64,000 nucleotides of DNA. It comes from Oligoflexia bacterium (GTDB lineage: Bacteria; Bdellovibrionota; UBA1018). Each line of letters begins with the position of its first letter. The stretch's first letter is position 1. Below are positions 49,261 through 58,622 of this stretch, one piece after another. The translations under genes and the position numbers were made by a program. The notes under the pieces are model-generated. The model saw only the letters and a program-made list of their open reading frames with translations, searched no databases and was not told the origin of the DNA. The stretch lies in the NCBI GenBank assembly GCA_963758495.1, contig CAVWVI010000004.1, positions 864,001-928,000 of the forward strand. Reading direction: 5' to 3'.

Positions 49261-51246
49261 GTGAACTTTAGTGTTCGTGATGGAAGATTTGATGTTGCTG
49301 TTGTAGCCGGTCCACGAGTCGAAATTTGGCCGTCGGCGGGGGTACGTATTCTTTCAGTTCTTTGTGCTGAAATGGGACTTACGGTTGGACAATTTGGCGG
49401 CGAATCTCTCACCGTGCGTGGAGTCATTCCATTACCGGGAACGGGTGGAATTGTGCTCATTGAAGATGTCCAAAGAAGGATTCATCGAATCCACGCGAGA
49501 GCCATAGTTCGTGTTATTTCAGAATCTACCTTTCCTGAATTATTTCCGGGTTGGTACTCTCAGGGAGTCATTACCCTAGCCACTGCAGAGAGACTTCGTG
49601 CTGAAAGTCATATTCAATGGAATCCCTGTACTGTCCTGCTAGGCACCGGCAACCGCGCATTACGATTTGGGAGTAGCTTACTTGAATCTGGATCTTCAGA
49701 AGTATTTTGTGTGGAGAGCTATGCGCAATGGGGCGCAAAACGCTTTGCGGGTTGGGAAGTAGAACGACGCCGTTTTGAAATGGCAGGGGGTAAACTCATT
49801 GAAGCCAAACCCCTTCAGCTGATCCCAAATGGCCCCATGCTCTGGCAATTACGACTTCGAGACTCTCAGGGTATCCGAGTGTTAGATGTAGCACGAGTTG
49901 TTTCCGCTGGACCTTTTCAAGATCTTCCAGGAGTCAAAGAACATCCTCCAGGCTCTTTTCTTTTTGAGCTCAGCCAAACGGCCCCAATCACTCATGCAGA
50001 AGACGTAGAGGGTTGGGCATTGGAAGAAGAAAGAGGCAATTGGCTAGCAAGTAAAATTGTCAAAGCTCTTGTTACTGAATTTACCACTTCACAAAAAGAA
50101 AAATTAGATCAAATCTCTCGAAGAACTCGCAGAAGATTGAAACGCCATTTGAGACACAGAGAAAATCCTTTCACTCCTGCTTACCAAGGTAAGTGGATTG
50201 AGGTCAGTGACGCAAAGAGAATCCGTTCATTCAAAGGAGTTCCCCAAAAAGAACATCTGACTCGCACTGTAGCTTCCATTGAATGTTTTGAAGAAATCCC
50301 CTGCACACTCTGTCACAAAGCCTGCCCGACCTCTGCAATTCAAATAGGAAAGACTTCCAAAAGTAAAGAAATGAATTTAAATGAATCTGCCTGCACCGCA
50401 TGTGGCCTCTGCCTGACTGCGTGTCCAAGCGGCTCTATAGCCATGATTCGAGAGGAAGAAGATCGATCCGTTTCTCAAATTACCCTCCCTTGGCGAGGAT
50501 CAAAGCCTTGGTCTGCCAATGAATTTGCCACTTTGGTGAATCGCCGTGGTGAAAGCCTCTGCACTGGACGAATTACTGAAATTGTAGAAGTGGCAGAATC
50601 ATCAAAATTTTCAGAATCTTCAGAATCTAAAGACAAAAAAGTTCAGTTACTTCAAGTCGAAGTCCCCACTCACTTACTCTGGGAAGCAAGGGGTTTAAAA
50701 CGGGGACGATTACCGGCTTCTTCCGATGAAGCCTACCTAGCCGCAGTTGACCAATCTTCTCACTCAGAGAAGAAAATAGAAATAACCCTCAATGGAGAAA
50801 AACGCCTCGTTCGTGATCGTCTTGCAATTTCTTTGGCACTTTATGAAATGGGACAATGGAGAACCAACGACGTATTGTTCTGCAAAGATGGAAGCTGTGG
50901 TCTCTGTCAAATTTCAGTAGATGGTATCACAAAACTCGCTTGTCAAACTCGAATCCATCGAGGTATGGCGATACGCATCTCTGAGCCCTCCACACCTTCA
51001 TCTCAAGAAGAATTTATTTGCCCATGCCTTGGAATCACACAGTCTGATGTCTTAGAGCGCCTTAAACAAGGAAAACTCCACTCACCTGAAGCAGTCTTAT
51101 CTGTCACCCACGTCGGAGAAGGAAAATGCCACGGCCAGCTTTGTATGGAAAACTTTAGGCGAGTGTTACTGGACCAAGGCTTACCGGTAGCTCAGTGGAT
51201 TGATTGGCGATTTCCGTGGTCCGATTGGATTTTGAACCATAATTAA
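49261..51246 (+). CDS. Fused FAD/NAD oxidoreductase + 4Fe-4S dicluster + 2Fe-2S + BFD-like protein
   Basis: VLLGTGNRAL; CFEEIPCTLCHKACP and CTACGLCLTACP; FCKDGSCGLC...AC; ICPC...G.G.CHGQLC. Confidence 0.8.
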   Translation: MNFSVRDGRFDVAVVAGPRVEIWPSAGVRILSVLCAEMGLTVGQFGGESLTVRGVIPLPGTGGIVLIEDVQRRIHRIHARAIVRVISESTFPELFPGWYSQGVITLATAERLRAESHIQWNPCTVLLGTGNRALRFGSSLLESGSSEVFCVESYAQWGAKRFAGWEVERRRFEMAGGKLIEAKPLQLIPNGPMLWQLRLRDSQGIRVLDVARVVSAGPFQDLPGVKEHPPGSFLFELSQTAPITHAEDVEGWALEEERGNWLASKIVKALVTEFTTSQKEKLDQISRRTRRRLKRHLRHRENPFTPAYQGKWIEVSDAKRIRSFKGVPQKEHLTRTVASIECFEEIPCTLCHKACPTSAIQIGKTSKSKEMNLNESACTACGLCLTACPSGSIAMIREEEDRSVSQITLPWRGSKPWSANEFATLVNRRGESLCTGRITEIVEVAESSKFSESSESKDKKVQLLQVEVPTHLLWEARGLKRGRLPASSDEAYLAAVDQSSHSEKKIEITLNGEKRLVRDRLAISLALYEMGQWRTNDVLFCKDGSCGLCQISVDGITKLACQTRIHRGMAIRISEPSTPSSQEEFICPCLGITQSDVLERLKQGKLHSPEAVLSVTHVGEGKCHGQLCMENFRRVLLDQGLPVAQWIDWRFPWSDWILNHN

Positions 51247-52201
51247 TTTCGGCCAAAAATCTTTCAATTTTTAGATTCACAAGATCAGGCAAGTCCATTT
51301 GTGGACAATGACTTCCATGCCGAATAATTTCAAGTTGACTCCCAGGAATGAGCTGATGAAGCAATTCCTGCTGTCCAACTGGAATTAACTTATCCTGCTC
51401 TCCCGCAATAATCATCGTGGGCTTTTGAATCGTATGGAGCCAGGCTGTAGCATCATAAGAATCATAATTTTCGATTAAATGAATTAATATTGCAGGATCT
51501 GTATCTGCCACTTGGTCAACATACAGCTCGATGTCTGCCTGAGGAGTTAAGTGTGGGTTAAAACCTCCTAATGAAACCAGAGTCCGCGCAAAAGGATTGC
51601 CTTTTTGAAGCTTCCAAAACAGAGAAAATAAATGAGGTGATTTTCGATAGAGTGATTTTAAAATCTTAAAACCCGCTTGAAAAATATTATGATTAAAAAT
51701 CGTTTCGAGAGGACGCTGTGCTGTTCCGTTCGCCAAAACCATCCCTGCAACTCGTTTAGGTTGTTGCCTATAAAACTCAAGAACAACATTCACACCCATG
51801 CTGTGTCCTAGTAAAATAGCATCTTCTATATTCAATTCATCAAGAACCGTCCCCAAGTCTCGTGCAATATTCTCCAAACTCAAACTATCTAAATTTTTAG
51901 GAACTTCAGAGTTCTGATGACCGCGGTAGTCAAACCAAATCGCCTGATGGGTATTTTGAAAGTGCTCTATCTGATAGGTCCAATGTAAACTTGAACAAAC
52001 TAATCCATAGCAAAAAACAAGCGGTTTTCCTTTTCCTTCAATACTGTAAAAAAGTTTTGTTCCATCAAAACTCTTTACATAACCATGCGAAACAGGCGGT
52101 CGACTCGCTGAACGGGCGCCTTTCTCCTGCTTATTGCCCTCCGCATTGCTTTTCTTGCGCGCCCCCAACGGGCGAGGCTTGATTGGTAATTGAATTTGCA
52201 T
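51155..52201 (-). CDS. Alpha/beta hydrolase
   Basis: DYRGH, GHSMG nucleophile, GEQD, GSH. Confidence 0.9.
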   Translation of the reverse strand: MQIQLPIKPRPLGARKKSNAEGNKQEKGARSASRPPVSHGYVKSFDGTKLFYSIEGKGKPLVFCYGLVCSSLHWTYQIEHFQNTHQAIWFDYRGHQNSEVPKNLDSLSLENIARDLGTVLDELNIEDAILLGHSMGVNVVLEFYRQQPKRVAGMVLANGTAQRPLETIFNHNIFQAGFKILKSLYRKSPHLFSLFWKLQKGNPFARTLVSLGGFNPHLTPQADIELYVDQVADTDPAILIHLIENYDSYDATAWLHTIQKPTMIIAGEQDKLIPVGQQELLHQLIPGSQLEIIRHGSHCPQMDLPDLVNLKIERFLAEINYGSKSNRTTEIANQSTELPVSLGPVTLA

Positions 52202-52274
52202 AGACCCACCTTTACTGTCTCAATGAACACACGCCCCTAGTATCACAAGTGGGCCATGATCGGCCACCCGAAGT

Positions 52275-52727
52275 TCACGGGGTATGCAGAGTTACTTTAG
52301 GTAACTTTAAAATACTTTCACAAATAGTCGCAAAGGCTTGACGGGTCTTTGGGTCAGCGGATCGATAAGCATCATAAACGTTCTTCATTAATTCATAATC
52401 AGTAGTGGACACTACCAAGTTAGGTAGATCTACCGCTCCATTCTTTTGTCCATCATCGGAGGTTCCTAAGCGCATATTGAGCTTGAGAGCATATTCTTTT
52501 TCCAGAAGTGCTTTCATCTCAGCATTACTCGCCTGCAAGGCTTTCGCCAACATCGGAATGTGAGAAGGCGGCAAAGGAGTCACTCCCCTTTCTACATTCG
52601 AAATGAATTGAGTGGTCACTGGAGGGTCAAAAAGAAGCCCCAACGCTCGTTGAGACATTCCTAATAACTCTCTACGTTTTTTGATGAAATCGCCTACCAA
52701 CTTTAATCTTTCAGATGATTCAATCAT
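52275..52727 (-). CDS. XRE-family HTH regulator
   Basis: IKKRRELLGMSQRALG...QFISNVERG. Confidence 0.85.
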   Translation of the reverse strand: MIESSERLKLVGDFIKKRRELLGMSQRALGLLFDPPVTTQFISNVERGVTPLPPSHIPMLAKALQASNAEMKALLEKEYALKLNMRLGTSDDGQKNGAVDLPNLVVSTTDYELMKNVYDAYRSADPKTRQAFATICESILKLPKVTLHTP

Positions 52728-52866
52728 ATCTATATATAATAATGCAGAGCATTAATCTTGTCAATTGAGCTTATATAAATATCTGTTATATATTGATATT
52801 GTCTCTATAATTAATTGAAATACTTAGTAAATAAATTAAGTATACCCACCCAACAACACACTTAAG

Positions 52867-52901
52867 CCAGGCCTAAACCAGGGCCTAAACCAGGGCCTAA
52901 A
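52867..52901. repeat. 12-bp tandem repeat, three copies
   Basis: CCAGG-CCTAAA CCAGGGCCTAAA CCAGGGCCTAAA just upstream of TTGACT. Confidence 0.85.
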
Positions 52902-52977
52902 AAGACATTTTGACTTTTATCCAGTTTTTCTGTACAGGTCACCACACATTACTGTGTGATGAAATGGGGACGGTTCA

Positions 52978-53865
52978 ATGAATGCTTTATTGAAAAAATC
53001 ATTATTTTATATATTCTTTTTGTATCTTATTTTTATAAATTCAGCGCCTAGCTTTGCTGAAAATAAACGTGATTTTATCGTCGTGAGTGACGTTGACGAT
53101 ACCCTTAAAATCACCAATGTACCTTCTTATTATGAATCCTTAAAAAATTTAATTATGGGCACAGATACTTTTTTGGGTATGAAAGAATTATTTGAAGCCT
53201 TTCAACACCATACCGACTCTTTTAATTATCTCAGTGGATCACCTCAGTACTTTCTAGAAAGTACAAAACATGCCCTTTTGGACCTAAATGGCCTGCCTCC
53301 TGGTACTTTCATATTTAATAATTGGTACAATTGGGTAGCAACTTTTGATTTTAAAACCCATGAGCTCAATCAGTTGGCCGCAAAATTCAAACAGCCCTTT
53401 TTAGTCTTGGGAGACAATACTCAATACGACGCTTCAGTATTTGTCAAATTTCAATCTAACCTCAATAAAATAAATTCGGATAGACCTCTTCAAGCTTATA
53501 TTCATTTAATTTCAAATGAAGACGAACTACCGATTCGAGCTCAACTTCCCAAAGTATTTAAAGCCCCGAATAAAGACTTACCCGTGAGCCGCTTCATGCC
53601 ATACTCAACTGCATTTGATATTGCTCTGAATGAAGTTGAAGCCGGTAGACTCACAGAGGAGGAAGCCATCGTTATCGGAAAATCTATACTCCAGGCTAAT
53701 AAACCCGACTTACTCATTCCTTCCTATGTGTATTGCCCAGTCCATGTAAATTACTTTTTGGGTAATACCTCAAGTAAGAATAAGGAGCTGGTTGAGCTCA
53801 GCGAAAATTTCGCAGCTTATGTGGAATCAATGTGCGTAGAGCGTAGCACAGATTTGACAAACTGA
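52978..53865 (+). CDS. App1-family (HAD) phosphatidate phosphatase-like protein, secreted
   Basis: VVSDVDDTLKIT (DxDxT), YLSGSP, GDNTQYD; signal peptide ending PSFA. Confidence 0.8.
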   Translation: MNALLKKSLFYIFFLYLIFINSAPSFAENKRDFIVVSDVDDTLKITNVPSYYESLKNLIMGTDTFLGMKELFEAFQHHTDSFNYLSGSPQYFLESTKHALLDLNGLPPGTFIFNNWYNWVATFDFKTHELNQLAAKFKQPFLVLGDNTQYDASVFVKFQSNLNKINSDRPLQAYIHLISNEDELPIRAQLPKVFKAPNKDLPVSRFMPYSTAFDIALNEVEAGRLTEEEAIVIGKSILQANKPDLLIPSYVYCPVHVNYFLGNTSSKNKELVELSENFAAYVESMCVERSTDLTN

Positions 53866-53926
53866 TATTTTGAGATCGCCTAAGACTTTTCTTGACTCCA
53901 AGAATCAGATCAACTATCCCCTGCTT

Positions 53927-53966
53927 AATTGCGATGTCACTCATTGCAATACAACTGATCGCAATT
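53927..53966. promoter_or_regulatory. Symmetric dyad (candidate operator) upstream of the P450
   Basis: AATTGCGAT-N7-ATTGCAAT-N7-ATCGCAATT, downstream of TTGACT-N17-TATCCC. Confidence 0.5.
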
Positions 53967-53983
53967 CTCGGCGTGGGGGCAAG

Positions 53984-55546
53984 ATGATTTGTGAAATTTT
54001 AATATCTAAGTTTTCAAAGGCTAAATTTTCATTTGGATGGGTTGTAGTTCTTCTCAGCCTGAGCTTCAGTCTGAACTCCACCCTATGCAACGCGATGGAA
54101 GCTCCGGGGCCTCGATTGTCTTATGGAAATATCCTTTGGGGTCAGTATCCTGAAATACTCAAAGTAGGCGTCACTTTCTATTTAGAAAAAATGGCAAAAA
54201 AGTATGGCCCTGACGGTACCCCTGTTAAAATTTCAATGGGGCCTCTCAGCACTCTATTTGTTGTATCTCACCCGGACGATATCCACCAAATTCTCTCTGG
54301 TGACCTTAAAGATAAATTTAAAAAAGGCTATAGCGCAAAAACACTGTCTGATTACCTTCTTGGCAATGGAGTCGGAGTTATAGAAACGAATGATATTTAT
54401 CGAAGTATTAAAAACTATATGCACCGCTACCTTTTACAGAGAGGAGTAAAAGGATATTTTAGTGAAATGGTGGACCAGTCCAAAAGATTTGTAAAAAGTC
54501 TCCAGCTCAAGCGAGCTAGCTTAAATGGTGAGGCCATTGATATTGAAAAAGAAGTGACTGCTTTTGCGATAAGAAATGTTTCTAACAGTATGTTTCACTT
54601 TGATATCCCCTATAACAAAGAAGGTGATGAGAAAGCCGATCAAATCAGCTCTTCAATCAAGACTGTGCTTGATTTTATAGCCTACAAAATAACCATTCCT
54701 TTTTCGATGCCTCTCTTTATCAACACGCAGGCCAATCGTGACTATAAAAAATCAGTCGAACAGATTAAAAAAATCGTGTCCGAAATGATAGTCAATGATG
54801 AAAACAATAGAGAGGTTGACGGAAATGAAGCGAACGACACTTTGCTTCGAGCTCTGCAAAATGCACAAGAAAATGGACTCCCTGATTCTACAGACCAATC
54901 CCGAGTACTTCCATTCACAGGAAATGACCTCTATGATCAAGTCATTTCTATTTTCTTTGCTGGACATGACACCACCTCACATTTAATGACCATGGCGATC
55001 TACCATCTTTTTCAAAACCCCAATGTTCGTGAAAAATTAGTCGCAGAACTCCGAGAAAAACTGGGCCCCTCCATGGAGCTCCAGGGTCCTGAACAATTAT
55101 CAAGTCACCATCTCCCCTATCTGGATAGCTTCTTAAAAGAAGTTTTAAGACTCGACTCTCCAGTGCCTGGAATTGCACGTGACGCTCAAGAGACGGTCTC
55201 CTTAAGAGGGTATAAAATTAGTAAAGGCTCTTCCGTTTTTCTCTCTTTTAATTCTCTTCACCGACTGAACTCATATTGGGACAATCCTAATACTTTTGAT
55301 CCTGAACGATTTATGCCGAACAATTCACAAATAAAAAGGCCTTTAAGATCATTTTCCCCCTTTGGCGGAGGGGAAAGAAAATGCATGGGTGAATTTTTTG
55401 CGATGCAAGAGGCTAAAATCTTGATGGTTCAACTCTTGGCAAGTGATCTCCATTTTCAATTGGTGGAGAATGCCAAAATTGAGCCTGTCTTTTATTGCAC
55501 CATTAAGCTAGCCAATGGCTTACCGATGGTATTGTCGCAATACTAA
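53984..55546 (+). CDS. Cytochrome P450 with N-terminal signal/TM segment
   Basis: AGHDTT, EVLR, DPERF, PFGGGERKCMG; probable start ATG 53984 after GGGGG. Confidence 0.93.
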   Translation: MICEILISKFSKAKFSFGWVVVLLSLSFSLNSTLCNAMEAPGPRLSYGNILWGQYPEILKVGVTFYLEKMAKKYGPDGTPVKISMGPLSTLFVVSHPDDIHQILSGDLKDKFKKGYSAKTLSDYLLGNGVGVIETNDIYRSIKNYMHRYLLQRGVKGYFSEMVDQSKRFVKSLQLKRASLNGEAIDIEKEVTAFAIRNVSNSMFHFDIPYNKEGDEKADQISSSIKTVLDFIAYKITIPFSMPLFINTQANRDYKKSVEQIKKIVSEMIVNDENNREVDGNEANDTLLRALQNAQENGLPDSTDQSRVLPFTGNDLYDQVISIFFAGHDTTSHLMTMAIYHLFQNPNVREKLVAELREKLGPSMELQGPEQLSSHHLPYLDSFLKEVLRLDSPVPGIARDAQETVSLRGYKISKGSSVFLSFNSLHRLNSYWDNPNTFDPERFMPNNSQIKRPLRSFSPFGGGERKCMGEFFAMQEAKILMVQLLASDLHFQLVENAKIEPVFYCTIKLANGLPMVLSQY

Positions 55547-55566
55547 GAATACCTTCTTACGAAACT

Positions 55567-57777
55567 TCAGTACGTCCCCAACCGATCAGACTCCAAGCTT
55601 CCTTCACGCTCCTGATAGCGCTTCAAGGTCAGATGCTCTGGTCCAGTCATTTCTGGATCAGTTCTCATCACCTCCATAGCATCATTTCTGGCTCTTAGCA
55701 GCCATTCGTGATCTCTCACTAAATTCGCCAATCGGAAAGGAAGCCCCCCTGCTTGGCGAGTGCCGAGAAATTCCCCAGGGCCCCTCAATTCCAAATCCGC
55801 TTCTGCTATTTTGAATCCATCATGGGTTTCCTCCAGCACTTCTAATCGCTGGGGGGTAGTGCCATCGGCTCTCTGATGCGTAAATAAAAAACAATAGGAC
55901 TGCAGCTTTCCTCTCCCTACCCTTCCTCTGAGCTGATGGAGTTGAGAAAGACCAAACCGTTCAGCATGCTCAATCACCATGATCGTCACATTGGGCACAT
56001 CCACCCCTACTTCTATGACGGTTGTAGAAACAAGAAGATGAACTTCACCTCGCTTGAATCTCTCCATAATTTTTGTTTTTTCATCTGGGCTGAGCTGACC
56101 ATGCAAAAGTCCCACTACAAACTCTGGAAAGACTTTCGTTGCCAACCGCTCAGCTTCGACGACAGCTGATTTAAGCTGAGTAAAACCTTCCGCTTCACTT
56201 TCATAAATTAAAGGATAAATCATATAGGCCTGTCGTCCCGCCTTTAATTCACTTTTAATCTGCTGGTAAACTTGTAATTTTTGAGGTTGGGTGCGCACTA
56301 CTTGAGTTTGCACAGGAGAACGTCCAGGTGGAAGCTCTCGAATCGTACTCACTGCTAAATCTCCAAATGCAGTCAATGCCAGAGTGCGCGGAATGGGTGT
56401 AGCCGTCAAAATCAAGGAATGGGGAAAAACAGTGCCTCCTCGAACTCCCTTTTGTTTCAATGCCCTACGCTGCTCCACTCCAAATCGATGTTGTTCATCA
56501 ATCATGACAAAAGCTAGATTCGCAAAAATAATAGGATCTTCTATCAGAGCATGTGTGCCAATTAAGAAAATGGATTCCCCCGACGACAATCGTTTTTGGA
56601 GCTGAGTCCGTTCAGACGAAGAAGTCTTTCCGGTCAGTAATGCCACATTCAATTCCCCATTAAATAATTTGAGTGCATTTTTGTAATGCTGATCAGCTAA
56701 GATTTCTGTAGGAGCCATCAGAGCCACTTGCCCCCCCTCTGCCAAAACACATCCTGCTGCCAAAAACGCGACTGCTGTCTTTCCTGCACCTACATCCCCT
56801 TGCACCAATCGGTTCATAGGATGAGGCTCTTTGAAGTCTTCTAAAATATCTTTTAATGCTTGATCCTGACCCCGAGTTAACTGGAACGGGAGCATTTTTA
56901 ATAAGGCAGCAATCTTACCCTTGCCCTTTTCAAAACCAAAACAAGTCGAGACTGTTCGTTGAGTATGAATCCTCTTTCTCAACATCTGGTATTCAAATTT
57001 AAAAAACTCTCCGTAAATAATACGATGATGCGCTGGAGTATCAGACGCTGAAAGTTTCGCAAGGTCAAACCCATCTCCATCAGGAGGGAAGTGCAATGCC
57101 CGCACCGCAAATGCAACCGAAGGAAGAGACCATCGATCGAGTAAATACGAGGGAATATCTTCAGGTAGAGTATTGCCATACTTCTCCAAAGCTTCCCACA
57201 GGACTTTCCGCAGGGTTCGACTCGGAATTTCTTCGATTTCTGTATAGACAGGAACAACTCGTCCTACATTATGGTTAGATTCGACCTCGCCCGCATCAGT
57301 ACTCACACCCCAGGTCATTTCGGGATGAATGATTTCAGCTTTTCCCTGGTAAATTTTCACTTTGCCAGTCACCACTAACTGAGCACCTGGAACCATTCTC
57401 TTTTCCAACCCACCTGGGGGATGAAACCACTTTAAATTCAAAATTCCAGTTTCATCCTCACATCGGACTTCCAACATGGAACGCCCTAGTTTTCGAATGA
57501 GAATTTGTTTTGAATGAAGCACTTTTACGGCAAGAGTCGCTTTAACTCCTTCTGCAAGATGGGATATTTTGTGAAGTTGTGAACGATCCTCATAAGCCCG
57601 AGGAAAAAAATAAAGGAGATCTCTTACTGATTCAATATTTCGACTAGAAAATATTCCACCCAGTCGAGGGCCCACCCCCTTGACAAACTGGACCGCTGTA
57701 TCACATCCCTGGGGAGACGATGAATTATTCGTAACTGACTTTAATGATGTCGTAATGGATTTGGCCTTTGGGAGCAT
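55567..57777 (-). CDS. recG: ATP-dependent DNA helicase RecG
   Basis: [52 protein letters not shown]. Confidence 0.96.
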   Translation of the reverse strand: MLPKAKSITTSLKSVTNNSSSPQGCDTAVQFVKGVGPRLGGIFSSRNIESVRDLLYFFPRAYEDRSQLHKISHLAEGVKATLAVKVLHSKQILIRKLGRSMLEVRCEDETGILNLKWFHPPGGLEKRMVPGAQLVVTGKVKIYQGKAEIIHPEMTWGVSTDAGEVESNHNVGRVVPVYTEIEEIPSRTLRKVLWEALEKYGNTLPEDIPSYLLDRWSLPSVAFAVRALHFPPDGDGFDLAKLSASDTPAHHRIIYGEFFKFEYQMLRKRIHTQRTVSTCFGFEKGKGKIAALLKMLPFQLTRGQDQALKDILEDFKEPHPMNRLVQGDVGAGKTAVAFLAAGCVLAEGGQVALMAPTEILADQHYKNALKLFNGELNVALLTGKTSSSERTQLQKRLSSGESIFLIGTHALIEDPIIFANLAFVMIDEQHRFGVEQRRALKQKGVRGGTVFPHSLILTATPIPRTLALTAFGDLAVSTIRELPPGRSPVQTQVVRTQPQKLQVYQQIKSELKAGRQAYMIYPLIYESEAEGFTQLKSAVVEAERLATKVFPEFVVGLLHGQLSPDEKTKIMERFKRGEVHLLVSTTVIEVGVDVPNVTIMVIEHAERFGLSQLHQLRGRVGRGKLQSYCFLFTHQRADGTTPQRLEVLEETHDGFKIAEADLELRGPGEFLGTRQAGGLPFRLANLVRDHEWLLRARNDAMEVMRTDPEMTGPEHLTLKRYQEREGSLESDRLGTY

Positions 57778-58204
57778 GTACGATCACTTCATCTCCTGGA
57801 AGCTTCCCGATCAAGGCCCGAGCAATGGGAGAAGTGATTCCAATTTTGCCATTTTTAATATCGGCTTCATCGACACCGACAATCGTATAAGTCATCTTTT
57901 TGAGACTTTCTTGATCTTGAAGCTCAACAGTAGCTCCAAAGACAACTTTTTCAGACTTAATAGTAGAAGGATCGATTACCTGAGCGCGAGCAAGCTTGCC
58001 ATTAATATCTTGAATGCGACCTTCAATGAATCCCTGTCTTTCTTTAGCTGCGGAATAATCTGCATTTTCAGAAAGATCTCCATGGCCTCGAGCCACCTCA
58101 ATTGCTTTGACGATAGTAGGTCGCTCTACAGTCATCAACTGCTTGAGTTCTTCTTCTAAAAGACGTTTGCCTTTGACGGTCATTGGAAACTTCTCTTCAG
58201 CCAT
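57725..58204 (-). CDS. greA: Transcription elongation factor GreA
   Basis: [35 protein letters not shown]; start MAEEK at 58204. Confidence 0.96.
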   Translation of the reverse strand: MAEEKFPMTVKGKRLLEEELKQLMTVERPTIVKAIEVARGHGDLSENADYSAAKERQGFIEGRIQDINGKLARAQVIDPSTIKSEKVVFGATVELQDQESLKKMTYTIVGVDEADIKNGKIGITSPIARALIGKLPGDEVIVHAPKGQIHYDIIKVSYE

Positions 58205-58322
58205 AGATAAAAGGACTAACACAGCCCGAGGAAAAATTAAAGATCTTCGGAAAAAATGGGTTATTCCTTAATTTTTAAGTCTATTTTTAAGTCAAACTTT
58301 TAAATCATTTTCTAAAAGGCAG

Positions 58323-58622
58323 TTATTTTTTCTTAAATAACGCTTCGGCTGCAGACCTCATGGCATCTTTTGTCTGATTTACATCTCCTGCCTTGGAGGA
58401 GTTCGGCTTGAAATAATCGCAGAAATTAGACCTTTCCTTTTCTACGACTCTCTCAGCCTGATTTTCTTGACACTCATTATTATAAGTTTTGTCATAAAAG
58501 ATGCAACCTTTGCACACTTTTGTATCTCTTCCACATTTTTTGCAAGTATCGGATCTTCCATAATCAAGAATGGAGAGTTCAAAACCACAATTCCAACAAG
58601 TACCCCCTTTTCCAAATGTCAT
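58323..58622 (-). CDS. Cys-rich (zinc-binding) hypothetical protein
   Basis: CWNC, CKKC, CKGC, EC.E, NFCDYF; ATGA overlap with the carB stop. Confidence 0.7.
   Translation of the reverse strand: MTFGKGGTCWNCGFELSILDYGRSDTCKKCGRDTKVCKGCIFYDKTYNNECQENQAERVVEKERSNFCDYFKPNSSKAGDVNQTKDAMRSAAEALFKKK

Noticed and set aside
53870..53983. 38-codon N-terminal extension of the P450 in the ORF track
   Set aside because: TTG start without SD; the region contains promoter and operator-like elements; ATG 53984 has a G-rich RBS
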